A DNA stretch of 43,993 bases from Clostridiales bacterium (GTDB lineage Bacteria > Bacillota > Clostridia > Lachnospirales > Lachnospiraceae): NCBI GenBank assembly GCA_021201035.1, contig JAJQFQ010000229.1, positions 1-43,993 on the forward strand. Reading direction: 5' to 3'. Every line of letters starts with the position of its first letter. Positions within the stretch are counted from its first letter, which is position 1. Below are positions 26,194-36,080 of the stretch, piece after piece. Under the pieces are notes generated by a model, which made no database searches, was not told where the DNA came from, and saw only the letters and a list, made by a program, of their open reading frames with translations. The position numbers and the translations under genes were made by a program.

Positions 26194-28254
26194 ATGGTTA
26201 TGAAGAAGCGATACTTAGCGATTCTGATGGGACTAATGGTTGGTGCATCTCTGCTGACAGGCTGCGGTACGAGTCAGAATACAGACAGTTCTGCAGAGGA
26301 GGAGACTTCGTCCAAAGCGTACGGAGAGATTACCGCTTTGGGAGAGGATAGTTTTACACTGGACTCCGGTATGGGCGACGCGATAGAGGTGACCGTTACA
26401 GACGATACGGAGATTACGACACAGGTTACCGCAGGAACGGGTATGGGCGGCGGAAACATGTCGTTTGGAGATATGGATATACCGGACGGAGAATCTTCCG
26501 GCGATAGATCAGCTGCACCGGACAGCGGATCAGGAGATGCAGCTGATGATACCGGCACATCGGCGTCCGGCGATGATTCGGAGAATGATGGGGATGCTTC
26601 GGATACCACAGATACAGATGACAGCGAATCAGCTGAAGACAGTGATGGCAGCACTCCGCCGGATATGCCGTCTGACAACGGCGGCTCCGATGAGAATATG
26701 CAGGGGATGCCGTCTGGTGACGGTTCTGATGGAGATATGCCGGATATGTCATCCTCCGACAGTGAGGACTTTGGCGGCGGCATGGGAACGAACGGGTCGT
26801 CAACGATTGATTTTGATGATCTGTCCGTCGGAGACGTGGTTGCCGTTACTTATGATGCTGACGGAAATGTGACAGCAGTTATGGTGCTTTATTCTGTTGC
26901 CGCATCGACGGATACGGAAGGAAGCGGAAGCGATACAGCTTCCGCTTCCGGCATCAGTTACACCGCAGTAAACGAATATACAGCGGATGCGACTGTGGAC
27001 GGAGAGAATATTTCTTCCACCGGAACGGATGAAAACGCGATTCTTATATCCGAAGGAGCCAATGTTACGGTTACGGACAGTACGGTAAGCAGGTCATCTG
27101 CCGATAGTACCGGCGGCGACAACTCAAGCTTTTACGGTGTCGGCGCGGCAATCCTGACCATTGACGGTACAGCATATATCAGCGACACCACGGTTGAGAC
27201 GGATGCGGCAGGCGGAGCGGGTGTTTTTGCTTACGGAGACGGTATCGTCTATGTGGCAGACTGCACGATTACTACACAGCAGGATACCTCCGGCGGCATT
27301 CATGCGGCAGGCGGCGGTACGCTGTATGCATGGAATCTTGCGGTGGAGACAAACGGAGAATCCGCGGCGGCTATCCGGAGTGACCGGGGCGGCGGTACCA
27401 TGGTGGTAGATGAGGGTACTTACACATCCAATGGAACCGGCTCGCCGGCGGTCTACTGTACGGCGGATATTGTCGTTCATGACGCGACACTGACAGCGAC
27501 CGCATCCGAGGCAGTGTGTATTGAGGGATTAAATACATTGCGCCTGTATGATTGCGATTTGACCGGCAGCATGGCGGATGACAGTCAGAATGATTGTACC
27601 TGGAATATAATTCTGTATCAGAGTATGTCCGGGGATTCTGAGGTGGGAAACAGTGTGTTTGAGATGGTCGGCGGTACACTTACGGCGAAAAACGGCGGCA
27701 TGTTCTATACGACTAATACGGAATCTACTTTCACACTTTCCGATGTGGATATTACCTACGCGGATGACAGTGAGTTTTTCCTGCGGTGTACCGGTAATGA
27801 TAACCAGCGCGGCTGGGGCAGCAGCGGTTCTAACGGGGCGGACTGTCTGTTTACCGCTATTGATCAGGAGATGGAGGGTGACATCATCTGGGACAGTATC
27901 AGTCAGCTTGATTTTTATATGACGGATGGGAGCACACTGACAGGAGTTGTATTGGATGATGAGACATATGCCGGCGATGGCGGTGACGGATATTGCAATC
28001 TGTATATCGGTTCGGACTGCACATGGACGGTGACCGGTGACAGTGTACTGAGCGATCTGCAGAATGAGGGAACCATTGTGGATGAATCAGGAAATACGGT
28101 TACGATTCAGGGCAGTGACGGTACTGTTTATGTGCAGGGAACCAGTCAGTATACGATTACGGTGGATTCTTATGAGACGAACGCGGATCTGACGGGCGCG
28201 TCTGCGGTATCCGAATGGAGCGACTATGAAGTGGAAAAGCCGGATGAACTGTAG
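26194..28254 (+). CDS. Acidic lipoprotein with a low-complexity linker and a probable right-handed beta-helix domain
   Basis: Lipobox LLTGC; D/S/G/M/P-rich segment; repeating beta-solenoid-like pattern (SFYGVGAAIL...AAIRSDRGGG...SPAVYCTA...ILYQSMSGD). Confidence 0.8.
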   Translation: MVMKKRYLAILMGLMVGASLLTGCGTSQNTDSSAEEETSSKAYGEITALGEDSFTLDSGMGDAIEVTVTDDTEITTQVTAGTGMGGGNMSFGDMDIPDGESSGDRSAAPDSGSGDAADDTGTSASGDDSENDGDASDTTDTDDSESAEDSDGSTPPDMPSDNGGSDENMQGMPSGDGSDGDMPDMSSSDSEDFGGGMGTNGSSTIDFDDLSVGDVVAVTYDADGNVTAVMVLYSVAASTDTEGSGSDTASASGISYTAVNEYTADATVDGENISSTGTDENAILISEGANVTVTDSTVSRSSADSTGGDNSSFYGVGAAILTIDGTAYISDTTVETDAAGGAGVFAYGDGIVYVADCTITTQQDTSGGIHAAGGGTLYAWNLAVETNGESAAAIRSDRGGGTMVVDEGTYTSNGTGSPAVYCTADIVVHDATLTATASEAVCIEGLNTLRLYDCDLTGSMADDSQNDCTWNIILYQSMSGDSEVGNSVFEMVGGTLTAKNGGMFYTTNTESTFTLSDVDITYADDSEFFLRCTGNDNQRGWGSSGSNGADCLFTAIDQEMEGDIIWDSISQLDFYMTDGSTLTGVVLDDETYAGDGGDGYCNLYIGSDCTWTVTGDSVLSDLQNEGTIVDESGNTVTIQGSDGTVYVQGTSQYTITVDSYETNADLTGASAVSEWSDYEVEKPDEL

Positions 28255-28375
28255 ACATTCAGGCGTAGTTTATGAACGGCTTTTGTCGCTTTGAGGAAAA
28301 ATTGAATGAACGGATGACAAATCCTGAAAAGCGGCCGCTTTCTGAACAGACGGAAAAGCGGCCGTTTTGTCCGGC

Positions 28376-28404
28376 TTGACATTTTTTTTGTAAATACGTA
28401 TACT
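28376..28404 (+). promoter_or_regulatory. Sigma-A promoter of the L,D-transpeptidase (second copy at 28795-28823)
   Basis: TTGACA, 17 bp, TATACT. Confidence 0.75.
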
Positions 28405-28454
28405 GGCATTATTGTGAAAATATGACAAATTTCAACAGTTGGAGAAAATGAAAC

Positions 28455-28844
28455 ATGAACAAAGAAAATGTTGCGTCTGCAGATGCGATTCAGGAGAAAA
28501 AGAAATTTCATGGCGCCAATCAGAATAAAAGGAAAAAATATCTGCTGGTTGCGGGAGTGATAATCGTGGCGTTTGCGGCAGCGTATCTGATTGTCTCACT
28601 GGTTTTTCAAAACCGTTTTTTGCCGGGTACCACAATAAACGGCGTTGCCTGCGGCGGGAAGACCGTGGAACAGACAGAGGAAATTTTAAAACAGGAGACG
28701 GAAAGTTATGTACTGACGCTGGCGGAGCGGGGAGATGCTGAGGAAGAAATCGGCCGCTTTCTGAACAGACGGAAAAGCGGCCGTTTTGTCCGGCTTGACA
28801 TTTTTTTTGTAAATACGTATACTGGCATTATTGTGAAAATATGA
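28455..28844 (+). pseudogene. Truncated duplicate of the L,D-transpeptidase N-terminus
   Basis: Identical to the first ~99 aa of 28874-30781, then reads through the duplication junction to a stop. Confidence 0.85.
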
Positions 28845-28873
28845 CAAATTTCAACAGTTGGAGAAAATGAAAC

Positions 28874-30781
28874 ATGAACAAAGAAAATGTTGCGTCTGCA
28901 GATGCGATTCAGGAGAAAAAGAAATTTCATGGCGCCAATCAGAATAAAAGGAAAAAATATCTGCTGGTTGCGGGAGTGATAATCGTGGCGTTTGCGGCAG
29001 CGTATCTGATTGTCTCACTGGTTTTTCAAAACCGTTTTTTGCCGGGTACCACAATAAACGGCGTTGCCTGCGGCGGGAAGACCGTGGAACAGACAGAGGA
29101 AATTTTAAAACAGGAGACGGAAAGTTATGTACTGACGCTGGCGGAGCGGGGAGATGCTGAGGAAGAAATCGCCGGCAGGGATATCGGACTGGAAATTGAT
29201 TTTGGAAATGAACTGGAGCAGCTTCTGGAACAACAGAATGGTTTTCGGTGGCCGGCTTCTTTTTCTAATGGAGAAGAATTACAGGCAGAGCAATTGATTT
29301 CCTGTGATGAGGATGCTCTGCAGGAGATGATATCCGGATTATCCTGTATGGATGAGAGCAGTATGACAGATTCGGTGGATGCCGGGTTGTCAGAGTACAT
29401 AGAGGGAACGGGATATGAGATCGTAGATGCGGTATACGGCACTCGTATCCGGACATCTGTTTTTTATGCCGCAGTGAGGGATGCAGTGACAAATCTTCAG
29501 ACGGAATTGAATCTGGAGGAGGCCGGATGTTATGAGGATCCGGAATATACGGAGGATTCCGGGGAAGTGCAGACTATGTTGGAGACAGCGAACCGCTATG
29601 TGGGAACAACGGTTACGTATGAGTTCGGAAACAGCAGTGAAGTTGTGGACGGTTCCATGATCAGTCAGTGGGTGGTATTCGGTGATGACATGAGCGTTAC
29701 GCTGGATGCAGAAAAGATGACGGAGTATGTTTCCGGTCTGGCTTCATCTTATAACACGGCGGGTCAGAGCAAGACATTGGTGACAACCTATGGGACGACA
29801 GTTACGGTTCCGGGCGGTAATTACGGATGGAAGATTGATCAGGACTCGACATTCACGGCTCTGAGCGGTTATATTGAAGCAGGTGAAGATTATACGGGTG
29901 AAGTCGTATACTCTCAGACAGCGGCCAGCCATGACAGTCAGGATTACGGAAATACCTATGTGGAGATCAATCTGACGGCGCAGCATCTCTGGTTTTATAA
30001 AAACGGTTCTCTGGTGGTGGAATCTGATTTTGTTTCCGGCAGTGTGAAGGCGGGAAATGCAACGCCGACAGGTTCCTATCGTATCACATATAAACAGAAA
30101 GACGCGGTTCTGCGCGGGCAGGGTTATGCTTCGCCAGTGAGTTTCTGGATGCCGTTTAACGGAGGAATTGGACTGCATGACGCTTCCTGGAGAAGTAAGT
30201 TCGGAGGGACGATTTACAAGACGAGCGGATCCCACGGCTGTATCAATCTGCCCTATAACGCGGCAAAAACAATATATGAAAATATCAGTGCCGGCGATGC
30301 GGTGCTGGTATACACCCTGTCCGGAACGGAAAACTCAGGCACTTCGTCTTCCGGCAGTACGGACAGTACAGATACATCCTCAGTTAATGCGGTTATAGAT
30401 GTGATCAACGCGATCGGGACGGTGACGCTGGAAAGTGAAAGCGCAATTTCTAATGCCAGAAGTTTATATGACGCACTTTCCGCAGATAATCAGTCGCAGG
30501 TAACAAATTACAGCACGCTGACTGATGCGGAATCTGCTTACGCGGCACTTGCGGCCGAGCAGGAAGCACAGCAGCAGGCGGCAGAACTGCAGGAAGCACA
30601 GTCGCAGGCCCAGACTGTTATAGATGCGATTAACGAGATCGGGACGGTGACTGCGGAGAGCGGAACCGCGATTTCCAATGCGCGCGCCCGGTATGATGCG
30701 TTGTCTGATACGGCGAAGGGATATGTGTCCAATTACAACACGTTGACGGCAGCTGAGGCGGCATATGCGGCGTTGGGGTAA
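28874..30781 (+). CDS. L,D-transpeptidase (YkuD domain) with peptidoglycan-binding domains and two C-terminal helical repeats
   Basis: YVEINLTAQHLW...TPTG...GIGLHDA...GSHGCINL catalytic motif; N-terminal transmembrane anchor. Confidence 0.92.
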   Translation: MNKENVASADAIQEKKKFHGANQNKRKKYLLVAGVIIVAFAAAYLIVSLVFQNRFLPGTTINGVACGGKTVEQTEEILKQETESYVLTLAERGDAEEEIAGRDIGLEIDFGNELEQLLEQQNGFRWPASFSNGEELQAEQLISCDEDALQEMISGLSCMDESSMTDSVDAGLSEYIEGTGYEIVDAVYGTRIRTSVFYAAVRDAVTNLQTELNLEEAGCYEDPEYTEDSGEVQTMLETANRYVGTTVTYEFGNSSEVVDGSMISQWVVFGDDMSVTLDAEKMTEYVSGLASSYNTAGQSKTLVTTYGTTVTVPGGNYGWKIDQDSTFTALSGYIEAGEDYTGEVVYSQTAASHDSQDYGNTYVEINLTAQHLWFYKNGSLVVESDFVSGSVKAGNATPTGSYRITYKQKDAVLRGQGYASPVSFWMPFNGGIGLHDASWRSKFGGTIYKTSGSHGCINLPYNAAKTIYENISAGDAVLVYTLSGTENSGTSSSGSTDSTDTSSVNAVIDVINAIGTVTLESESAISNARSLYDALSADNQSQVTNYSTLTDAESAYAALAAEQEAQQQAAELQEAQSQAQTVIDAINEIGTVTAESGTAISNARARYDALSDTAKGYVSNYNTLTAAEAAYAALG

Positions 30782-30814
30782 TGATAGAGATTGTAAATTT
30801 ATATGGTTTTGCGT

Positions 30815-30847
30815 AAAAAACTGCCGGAGGTAATCCGGCAGTTTTTT
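30815..30847. terminator. Bidirectional rho-independent terminator
   Basis: AAAAAACTGCCGGA-GGTAA-TCCGGCAGTTTTTT between convergent genes. Confidence 0.85.
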
Positions 30848-30886
30848 GGCGAAAAATACTCTTTTTTATGTGTTCAGCGGAATCCG

Positions 30887-31141
30887 TTATTCCTCATCTT
30901 GCAACAACTCATCACAGCTTATATGAAATGTTCTGGCAATTATTTTAAGTTCAATATCGGTCACATAACGTTCTCCGGATTCTATGCGCTGAATCGCGTT
31001 TTTATCCAGATCTAAGCCCTGCAATGTCAGCATATCCGCAAGTTTTCTCTGGGAAGTTTTTTGGGGAAGACTTTTACGAAGCTGTTTGATTTTTGTGCCG
31101 CAAATATTATTGGTGCCATTTTCAGCTTTGTTTTTGTACAT
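30887..31141 (-). CDS. XRE-family HTH transcriptional regulator
   Basis: NICGTKIKQLRK...SQRKLADML...AIQRIESGERYVTDIEL. Confidence 0.88.
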   Translation of the reverse strand: MYKNKAENGTNNICGTKIKQLRKSLPQKTSQRKLADMLTLQGLDLDKNAIQRIESGERYVTDIELKIIARTFHISCDELLQDEE

Positions 31142-31501
31142 ATCAATGATTTCCTGTCGAAGTTGTGCCTGTGTTGCCTGAAATTTTTTTCATTATATGA
31201 CAACTCCGGATATGATTTGACATTAAGTGGGTGTCGTAAGGAGAAAAATTATACTACAGGTTCAATATTTCATATATGGTTGTGTACACGTCAGCATACA
31301 TGTCTGTTTGTTATGGAAACAGGATATTTTCGGCGGTCGGCGGTATCTGTGATTATTCTTCTGGTCTTGTTTATTTTTGACACGAACCTCTTGTCAAAAC
31401 TTATCGCCCATGATATTATTTAACTATATTTGACATCGAGCAGATGTCATAAATGAACAGGACGGTATGCGGCAGGATTTCCGTACAAAGAAGATATACA
31501 G

Positions 31502-33235
31502 ATGAGATGGGATAAATCAGTCGTTATAAAATGGTTTCATAAGCAATGGATTTTAATTCTGTTTATATTGGGGGCTGCATTATGGGGAGGATTCTACCAT
31601 TTTACGGTTGCGTTGTGGGGATGTGTTTTTTCCGCATGCCTTGCGGTAATTTGCTGCAGAACGGGGCGTTTGCGGTTGCCGGTGGGTACCGCTTCTTTTG
31701 GGTTGGCTGTGATGACCGTGTGCTCGGTCATCTCTGTTTTTGCCGCGGATGACAGGGGCAGCACTGTAATCGGAATGATCCGCATGCTTGTGATTGCGGA
31801 ATTCTGGCTGCTCTGGAATCAGATCTCCGGGGAAAGCCGGGAAAAGGCGTTTGCGGCGGTGCCGCTGAGCGGTACGGTGCTGACACTGTTTTGTTACGCG
31901 GCATATTTTATCCCGACGCTTCAGGATTCTTTTTACAGTGCCGGACGTCTGGGCGGTACATTCCAGTATTCGAACACCTATGCGGTATTTCTGTTAGCGG
32001 GATTTCTGGTCGCGGCATGTCGGGCTCAATGGAAGAAAACGGACCTGTTTCAAATGGGCATCCTGTTATCGGGCATTGTGCTGACAGGGAGCAGAAGCGT
32101 GTTTGTGATGACGGCGGCGGTTCTGGTTGTCGTTCTTCTGCGAAAAAGAATACAGGTGAGAGTGAAAGCATTGATTCTGGCGGGAGCCGCCGCAGTGGTC
32201 TTTGTTTTGCAGTTGGTTATGCAGGCGGATGTGAGCCGGCTTTTTAAACTGACTCTGAATTCAAGCACTCTGAACGGGAGGATACTTTACTGGATTGACG
32301 CGCTTCCGGTTATATTAAAACATCCGCTGGGACTGGGATATTTGGGTTATTATTATCTGCAGCCTCAGATTCAAACCGGTAATTACATGACGAAGTTTGT
32401 ACATAATGATCTGCTTCAGTGCGCGCTGGACTGGGGAATCGCGGCGGCCGCGGCTCTGGTGCTCGTCGTGTGTGCCGGATTGCACCGCAATTCTGTCAGG
32501 AATACGGCTATTCTGGCGGTACTGGCGCTGCATGCTCTGTTCGATTTCGATATGCAGTTTTTGATGATGGCATGTCTGGCACTGATGTGCTTTAAGACAG
32601 ATGCACAGCCTTTTTTTCAGAACCGGCGAAAGAAAACGGCGTTTCCGAAAAAAATCGTTCTTTCAGAAGCGGTGGTTTTGCCCGGAAAGGCAGTCCGCCC
32701 TGTCTGCTACGCCGCGGCCTGCGTGTTTGTATATTTTTGTATTGCGTTCGGACTGGAATACGCGGGACAGTACAGTGTATCTCTAAAGATGTATCCGTGG
32801 AATACTCTTGCCCGGGAATCTCTGATGTATGAGACAGAGGATGGCAGGGAGGAGCTTGCACAGGCGATCATTGACCGGAACGGAATGCTGGCTTCAGCAT
32901 ATGAAGCCATGCTTCTGGTCAGTGTCAATGCGGGAGATTATCAGGAAGCTCTCGATTATGAGCAGAGGATGCTTTCGTGCGCGGGGTATCAGAGCAGCTA
33001 TTATAATCAGGCGGTATATTATCTGAGTTATGCACTCGATACCGCTTTGCGCAGCGGTGATACAAGTGCCGGACAGGAAATTCTGGAGGAACTTCAGGGA
33101 ATACCGGTGCGCATTGCGCAGGTGGAAGCGGGGGCGTCCCGCTTCGCGTACAGGATTAATGACGCGCCGGAGATTGAACTGGAGAGTTCTGTGGAAGCTT
33201 ATCTGGAATCATTGGAAGGAATTTCGATAGAGTGA
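31502..33235 (+). CDS. O-antigen ligase (WaaL/Wzy_C)-family membrane protein with a helical C-terminal domain
   Basis: RLGGTFQYSN, LTGSRS, GRILYW, HPLGLG, FVHNDLLQ and HALFDF motifs; multiple transmembrane helices. Confidence 0.88.
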   Translation: MRWDKSVVIKWFHKQWILILFILGAALWGGFYHFTVALWGCVFSACLAVICCRTGRLRLPVGTASFGLAVMTVCSVISVFAADDRGSTVIGMIRMLVIAEFWLLWNQISGESREKAFAAVPLSGTVLTLFCYAAYFIPTLQDSFYSAGRLGGTFQYSNTYAVFLLAGFLVAACRAQWKKTDLFQMGILLSGIVLTGSRSVFVMTAAVLVVVLLRKRIQVRVKALILAGAAAVVFVLQLVMQADVSRLFKLTLNSSTLNGRILYWIDALPVILKHPLGLGYLGYYYLQPQIQTGNYMTKFVHNDLLQCALDWGIAAAAALVLVVCAGLHRNSVRNTAILAVLALHALFDFDMQFLMMACLALMCFKTDAQPFFQNRRKKTAFPKKIVLSEAVVLPGKAVRPVCYAAACVFVYFCIAFGLEYAGQYSVSLKMYPWNTLARESLMYETEDGREELAQAIIDRNGMLASAYEAMLLVSVNAGDYQEALDYEQRMLSCAGYQSSYYNQAVYYLSYALDTALRSGDTSAGQEILEELQGIPVRIAQVEAGASRFAYRINDAPEIELESSVEAYLESLEGISIE

Positions 33236-33379
33236 GAAGTTGAGGCTGCCGTTGAGCGGAGCCAACAGTTGTATGTTCTGATTCACAAAGGAATGCCCGG
33301 CGGGGAGTGCCATCAGGTCGGCCATCCTTTTGGGGATAAATAGTTTAAATAAATTATGGAAAACGGGAGGTAACTGAAA

Positions 33380-35833
33380 ATGAAAAGAAAACGATGGTTA
33401 GCATTTGCGTTGTCGGCAGCGATGATTTTCACCTGCGCAGGTTCAGCGTTTGCTTCGGAAGTGACGGATGCAGCGGATGCTGAGACGGAACAGACAGATG
33501 CCGCGTCGAACGGAAACGGGGAAAGCGCGGCGGTATCAGACGGGGCGGCGGAGGTTAACGCCTATGCTTCGGATGATATCATAGATTTTCCGGATGAGAA
33601 TCTTTTGAATGCGTTGCTTTCGAACTATGGTCTTGATGCGGACGCAGACGGAGCGATCAGCAGGGAAGAACTGGCTGACTGCTATTACCTATCTTTGTCA
33701 TATTGCGACATTACGGATCTGACCGGTCTGGAATATGCGGTAAATGTAAGATGGATTTATCTGTCAGGAAATGAAGACCTGGAAAATATTGATGCTTTAT
33801 TCGATCTGGAAAAGCTGGAATATGTAAGCCTGAGCAATACAAATGTTCCCGCGGATGAGCAGATGCGGCTGGCACAGCCGAAGAGCAACATGGAAATGGG
33901 AAAGGGCTTTATGGATTCGATATTTTCCATTGACGTAGAAAATGATGCTCTGATCGTGAAAGTAACCAAGGGAACGGATATTCTGACAGCAGAGTATAAT
34001 TCCTATGTGCTCGCGGAAGAGGCGGGTGAGGCGCAGATTACAGTGTCCCTCGGCGATTACTCTGAAACATTGAATGTCACGGTCAATGGCATTGATGCGG
34101 ATCAGCCGGTGGGAGACTCTGTTGACGCTGAGATTACGACAGCCGGTTACGGAGCGATATTGGACAGCAACGAAACTCTCTGGGAAGTATATCCGGAAGC
34201 AGGGGAGATCCGAAGCGATGCAGAACAGTATGTCAGCGGATGGGTTTACGGCCTGGGTATCGGAGAACTCTATGGGTATGCCATCGACGCGGACGGAACG
34301 CTCTGGTCCGGGGAGATACAGCTCGCGGAGAATATCACGGAGGCAAAGGGTCATTATGCGCTGGATGAAAACGGTGTTCTGTGGGATGTGTACAGTGACG
34401 CGGGCGGAAGTATAGAAAACGTCGTGGACTGGACGGAGTCTTATATATATACCAACTATGATTATGAGACCATGGATTACTTCCGTCAGGGGATTACATA
34501 TATATTAAAAACAGACGGAACGCTCTGGAAGCGCAGCGAGAACGCGAAGGATGCCGACTCATCTGCCGATCTGGAATTGCTTGCTGAGGATGTGCAGGAG
34601 ATAGGTGCCTATTGTTATCTGCAAACAAATGGAGATGTTTATTATTATGGCGACTCGGTGGCTACGTATACCGGTGCGGCCAGCATATCGTCAAGTGAAT
34701 ACGGATATCTGGGAGCGGATGGGTTCTACAGATATAAGCCGGAAGGAATTGAGACCGTTGCTATTGTGGATTACTTGTATGCACTTGCGGATGATGGAGA
34801 CTACTATTCCTACTATCTGACAGAGGATGGGGAAGTTGTGCAATATCAATATACTTGGCAGCAGACCGATACCGGGTCTGGCAAGTGGATGACCGAGATG
34901 GAAACGGTTGCTGAAAACATAGTGGACATCGATCGGGATTTGAACAGCGGTAAACTGATCTGTCAGGCGGAAGACGGGCTTTACAGGACACTTGCCGGAG
35001 ATGCGGCTACAGAAGATGAACCGTTCGTGATTGATTTTGATGTTCCAACTACTTCCAACGGCACATATTTTTACCTGGAAAACTATGGAATTGCAGAAGA
35101 TTACAGTCTTTTGACACAGAATTATATTACGCTCCTCACTCATGTAAAAAGTGTCTGGACGACGGATATCGGCGCGGTTGTCGCGCTTCGTACCGACGGC
35201 ACGGTGTGGCGCATTGAGGAGAACGGAGTTCCGGAGCAGATATTGACGCTGAGTGCGACCGGCGGCAGTTCAAATACGGATAGCAGCAGTACATCATCCG
35301 GCGATTCACTGGCAGTGCGTCGCGGGAACGCGTATTACTTTAGCTATACCATTCATGCGGGGGGTGCTGACAAAGTTATCTATTATGGCAGGACAGCGGA
35401 CGAGGTTCTGGTTGGCGACTGGGATGGCGATGGTGTGGATACCATCTGCGTAAGGCGCGGAAATGTGTATTATTTCAGCAACAGCTTAAAGTCCGGTGAA
35501 GCTGATCGGGTGGTTGCCTACGGCAAAGCAACCGATGAAGTTCTGGTCGGTGACTGGAACGGCGATGGGAAAGATACGTTGGCAGTGCGCCGCGGGAATA
35601 CGTATTATATCAAAAACAGCATATCCGGCGGCAATGCGGACAAGGTAGTCGCTTACGGAAAGGCAAACGATGAGGTTCTGGTCGGTGACTGGGACGGAGA
35701 CAAAAAGGACACTCTGGCGGTGCGCCGCGGGAATACGTATTACATTAAAAACAGCATTTCCGGCGGAGACGCAGACAAGGTAGTCGCCTACGGAAAAGCG
35801 GATGATGAGGTTTATGCGGGTTCATGGAACTGA
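33380..35833 (+). CDS. Secreted surface protein: LRR region, Ig-like region, propeller-like passenger, four C-terminal DxDGDG repeats
   Basis: Signal peptide ending AFA; IDFPDENL LRR cap and ITDLTGLEYAVN; repeated (D)GTLW motifs; Ser-rich linker. Confidence 0.85.
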   Translation: MKRKRWLAFALSAAMIFTCAGSAFASEVTDAADAETEQTDAASNGNGESAAVSDGAAEVNAYASDDIIDFPDENLLNALLSNYGLDADADGAISREELADCYYLSLSYCDITDLTGLEYAVNVRWIYLSGNEDLENIDALFDLEKLEYVSLSNTNVPADEQMRLAQPKSNMEMGKGFMDSIFSIDVENDALIVKVTKGTDILTAEYNSYVLAEEAGEAQITVSLGDYSETLNVTVNGIDADQPVGDSVDAEITTAGYGAILDSNETLWEVYPEAGEIRSDAEQYVSGWVYGLGIGELYGYAIDADGTLWSGEIQLAENITEAKGHYALDENGVLWDVYSDAGGSIENVVDWTESYIYTNYDYETMDYFRQGITYILKTDGTLWKRSENAKDADSSADLELLAEDVQEIGAYCYLQTNGDVYYYGDSVATYTGAASISSSEYGYLGADGFYRYKPEGIETVAIVDYLYALADDGDYYSYYLTEDGEVVQYQYTWQQTDTGSGKWMTEMETVAENIVDIDRDLNSGKLICQAEDGLYRTLAGDAATEDEPFVIDFDVPTTSNGTYFYLENYGIAEDYSLLTQNYITLLTHVKSVWTTDIGAVVALRTDGTVWRIEENGVPEQILTLSATGGSSNTDSSSTSSGDSLAVRRGNAYYFSYTIHAGGADKVIYYGRTADEVLVGDWDGDGVDTICVRRGNVYYFSNSLKSGEADRVVAYGKATDEVLVGDWNGDGKDTLAVRRGNTYYIKNSISGGNADKVVAYGKANDEVLVGDWDGDKKDTLAVRRGNTYYIKNSISGGDADKVVAYGKADDEVYAGSWN
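35303..35830 (+). repeat. Four 45-aa (135-bp) FG-GAP/calcium-blade-like repeats
   Basis: Unit DTLAVRRGNTYYIKNSISGGNADKVVAYGKAxDEVLVGDWDGDGK; the last unit is truncated at GSWN. Confidence 0.9.
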
Positions 35834-35931
35834 CAGGATGATTTACTGCTTCCAATGATTCCGTGATTCAGTGGCCGATTGTCAGTGAAGATATTTGTAA
35901 GCGGTAATTGTATGCAGACAGGTAATTGAAC

Positions 35932-35967
35932 AGAAAAACCGGCGGCCATTTGTGCCGTCGGTTTTCT
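35932..35967. terminator. Probable rho-independent terminator
   Basis: AAAACCGGCGGC...GCCGTCGGTTTT. Confidence 0.65.
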
Positions 35968-36080
35968 ATTCAGGACTGACGTGTACCGTATGCGGGTTTT
36001 GATCATATCCGGATGATTCGAGAAGATACGGATGTGTATCGGTATATTTATGAATACAGATTTGAAAAAGGAGCAAGGAG

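Larger units (their letters stand above)
28332..29171. repeat. 419-bp tandem duplication (28332-28750 and 28751-29169)
   Basis: Apparently identical copies covering the promoter and the first ~99 codons of the L,D-transpeptidase; duplicated ORFs are also visible in the track. Confidence 0.95.

Noticed and set aside
31061-31423. 120-aa ORF between the XRE gene and the ligase
   Set aside because: It overlaps the XRE gene antisense, has no convincing RBS or motif, and lies in an AT-rich promoter-like region
33236-33379. Possible riboswitch upstream of the first surface protein
   Set aside because: GC-rich patches are present, but no c-di-GMP or other riboswitch consensus could be recognised
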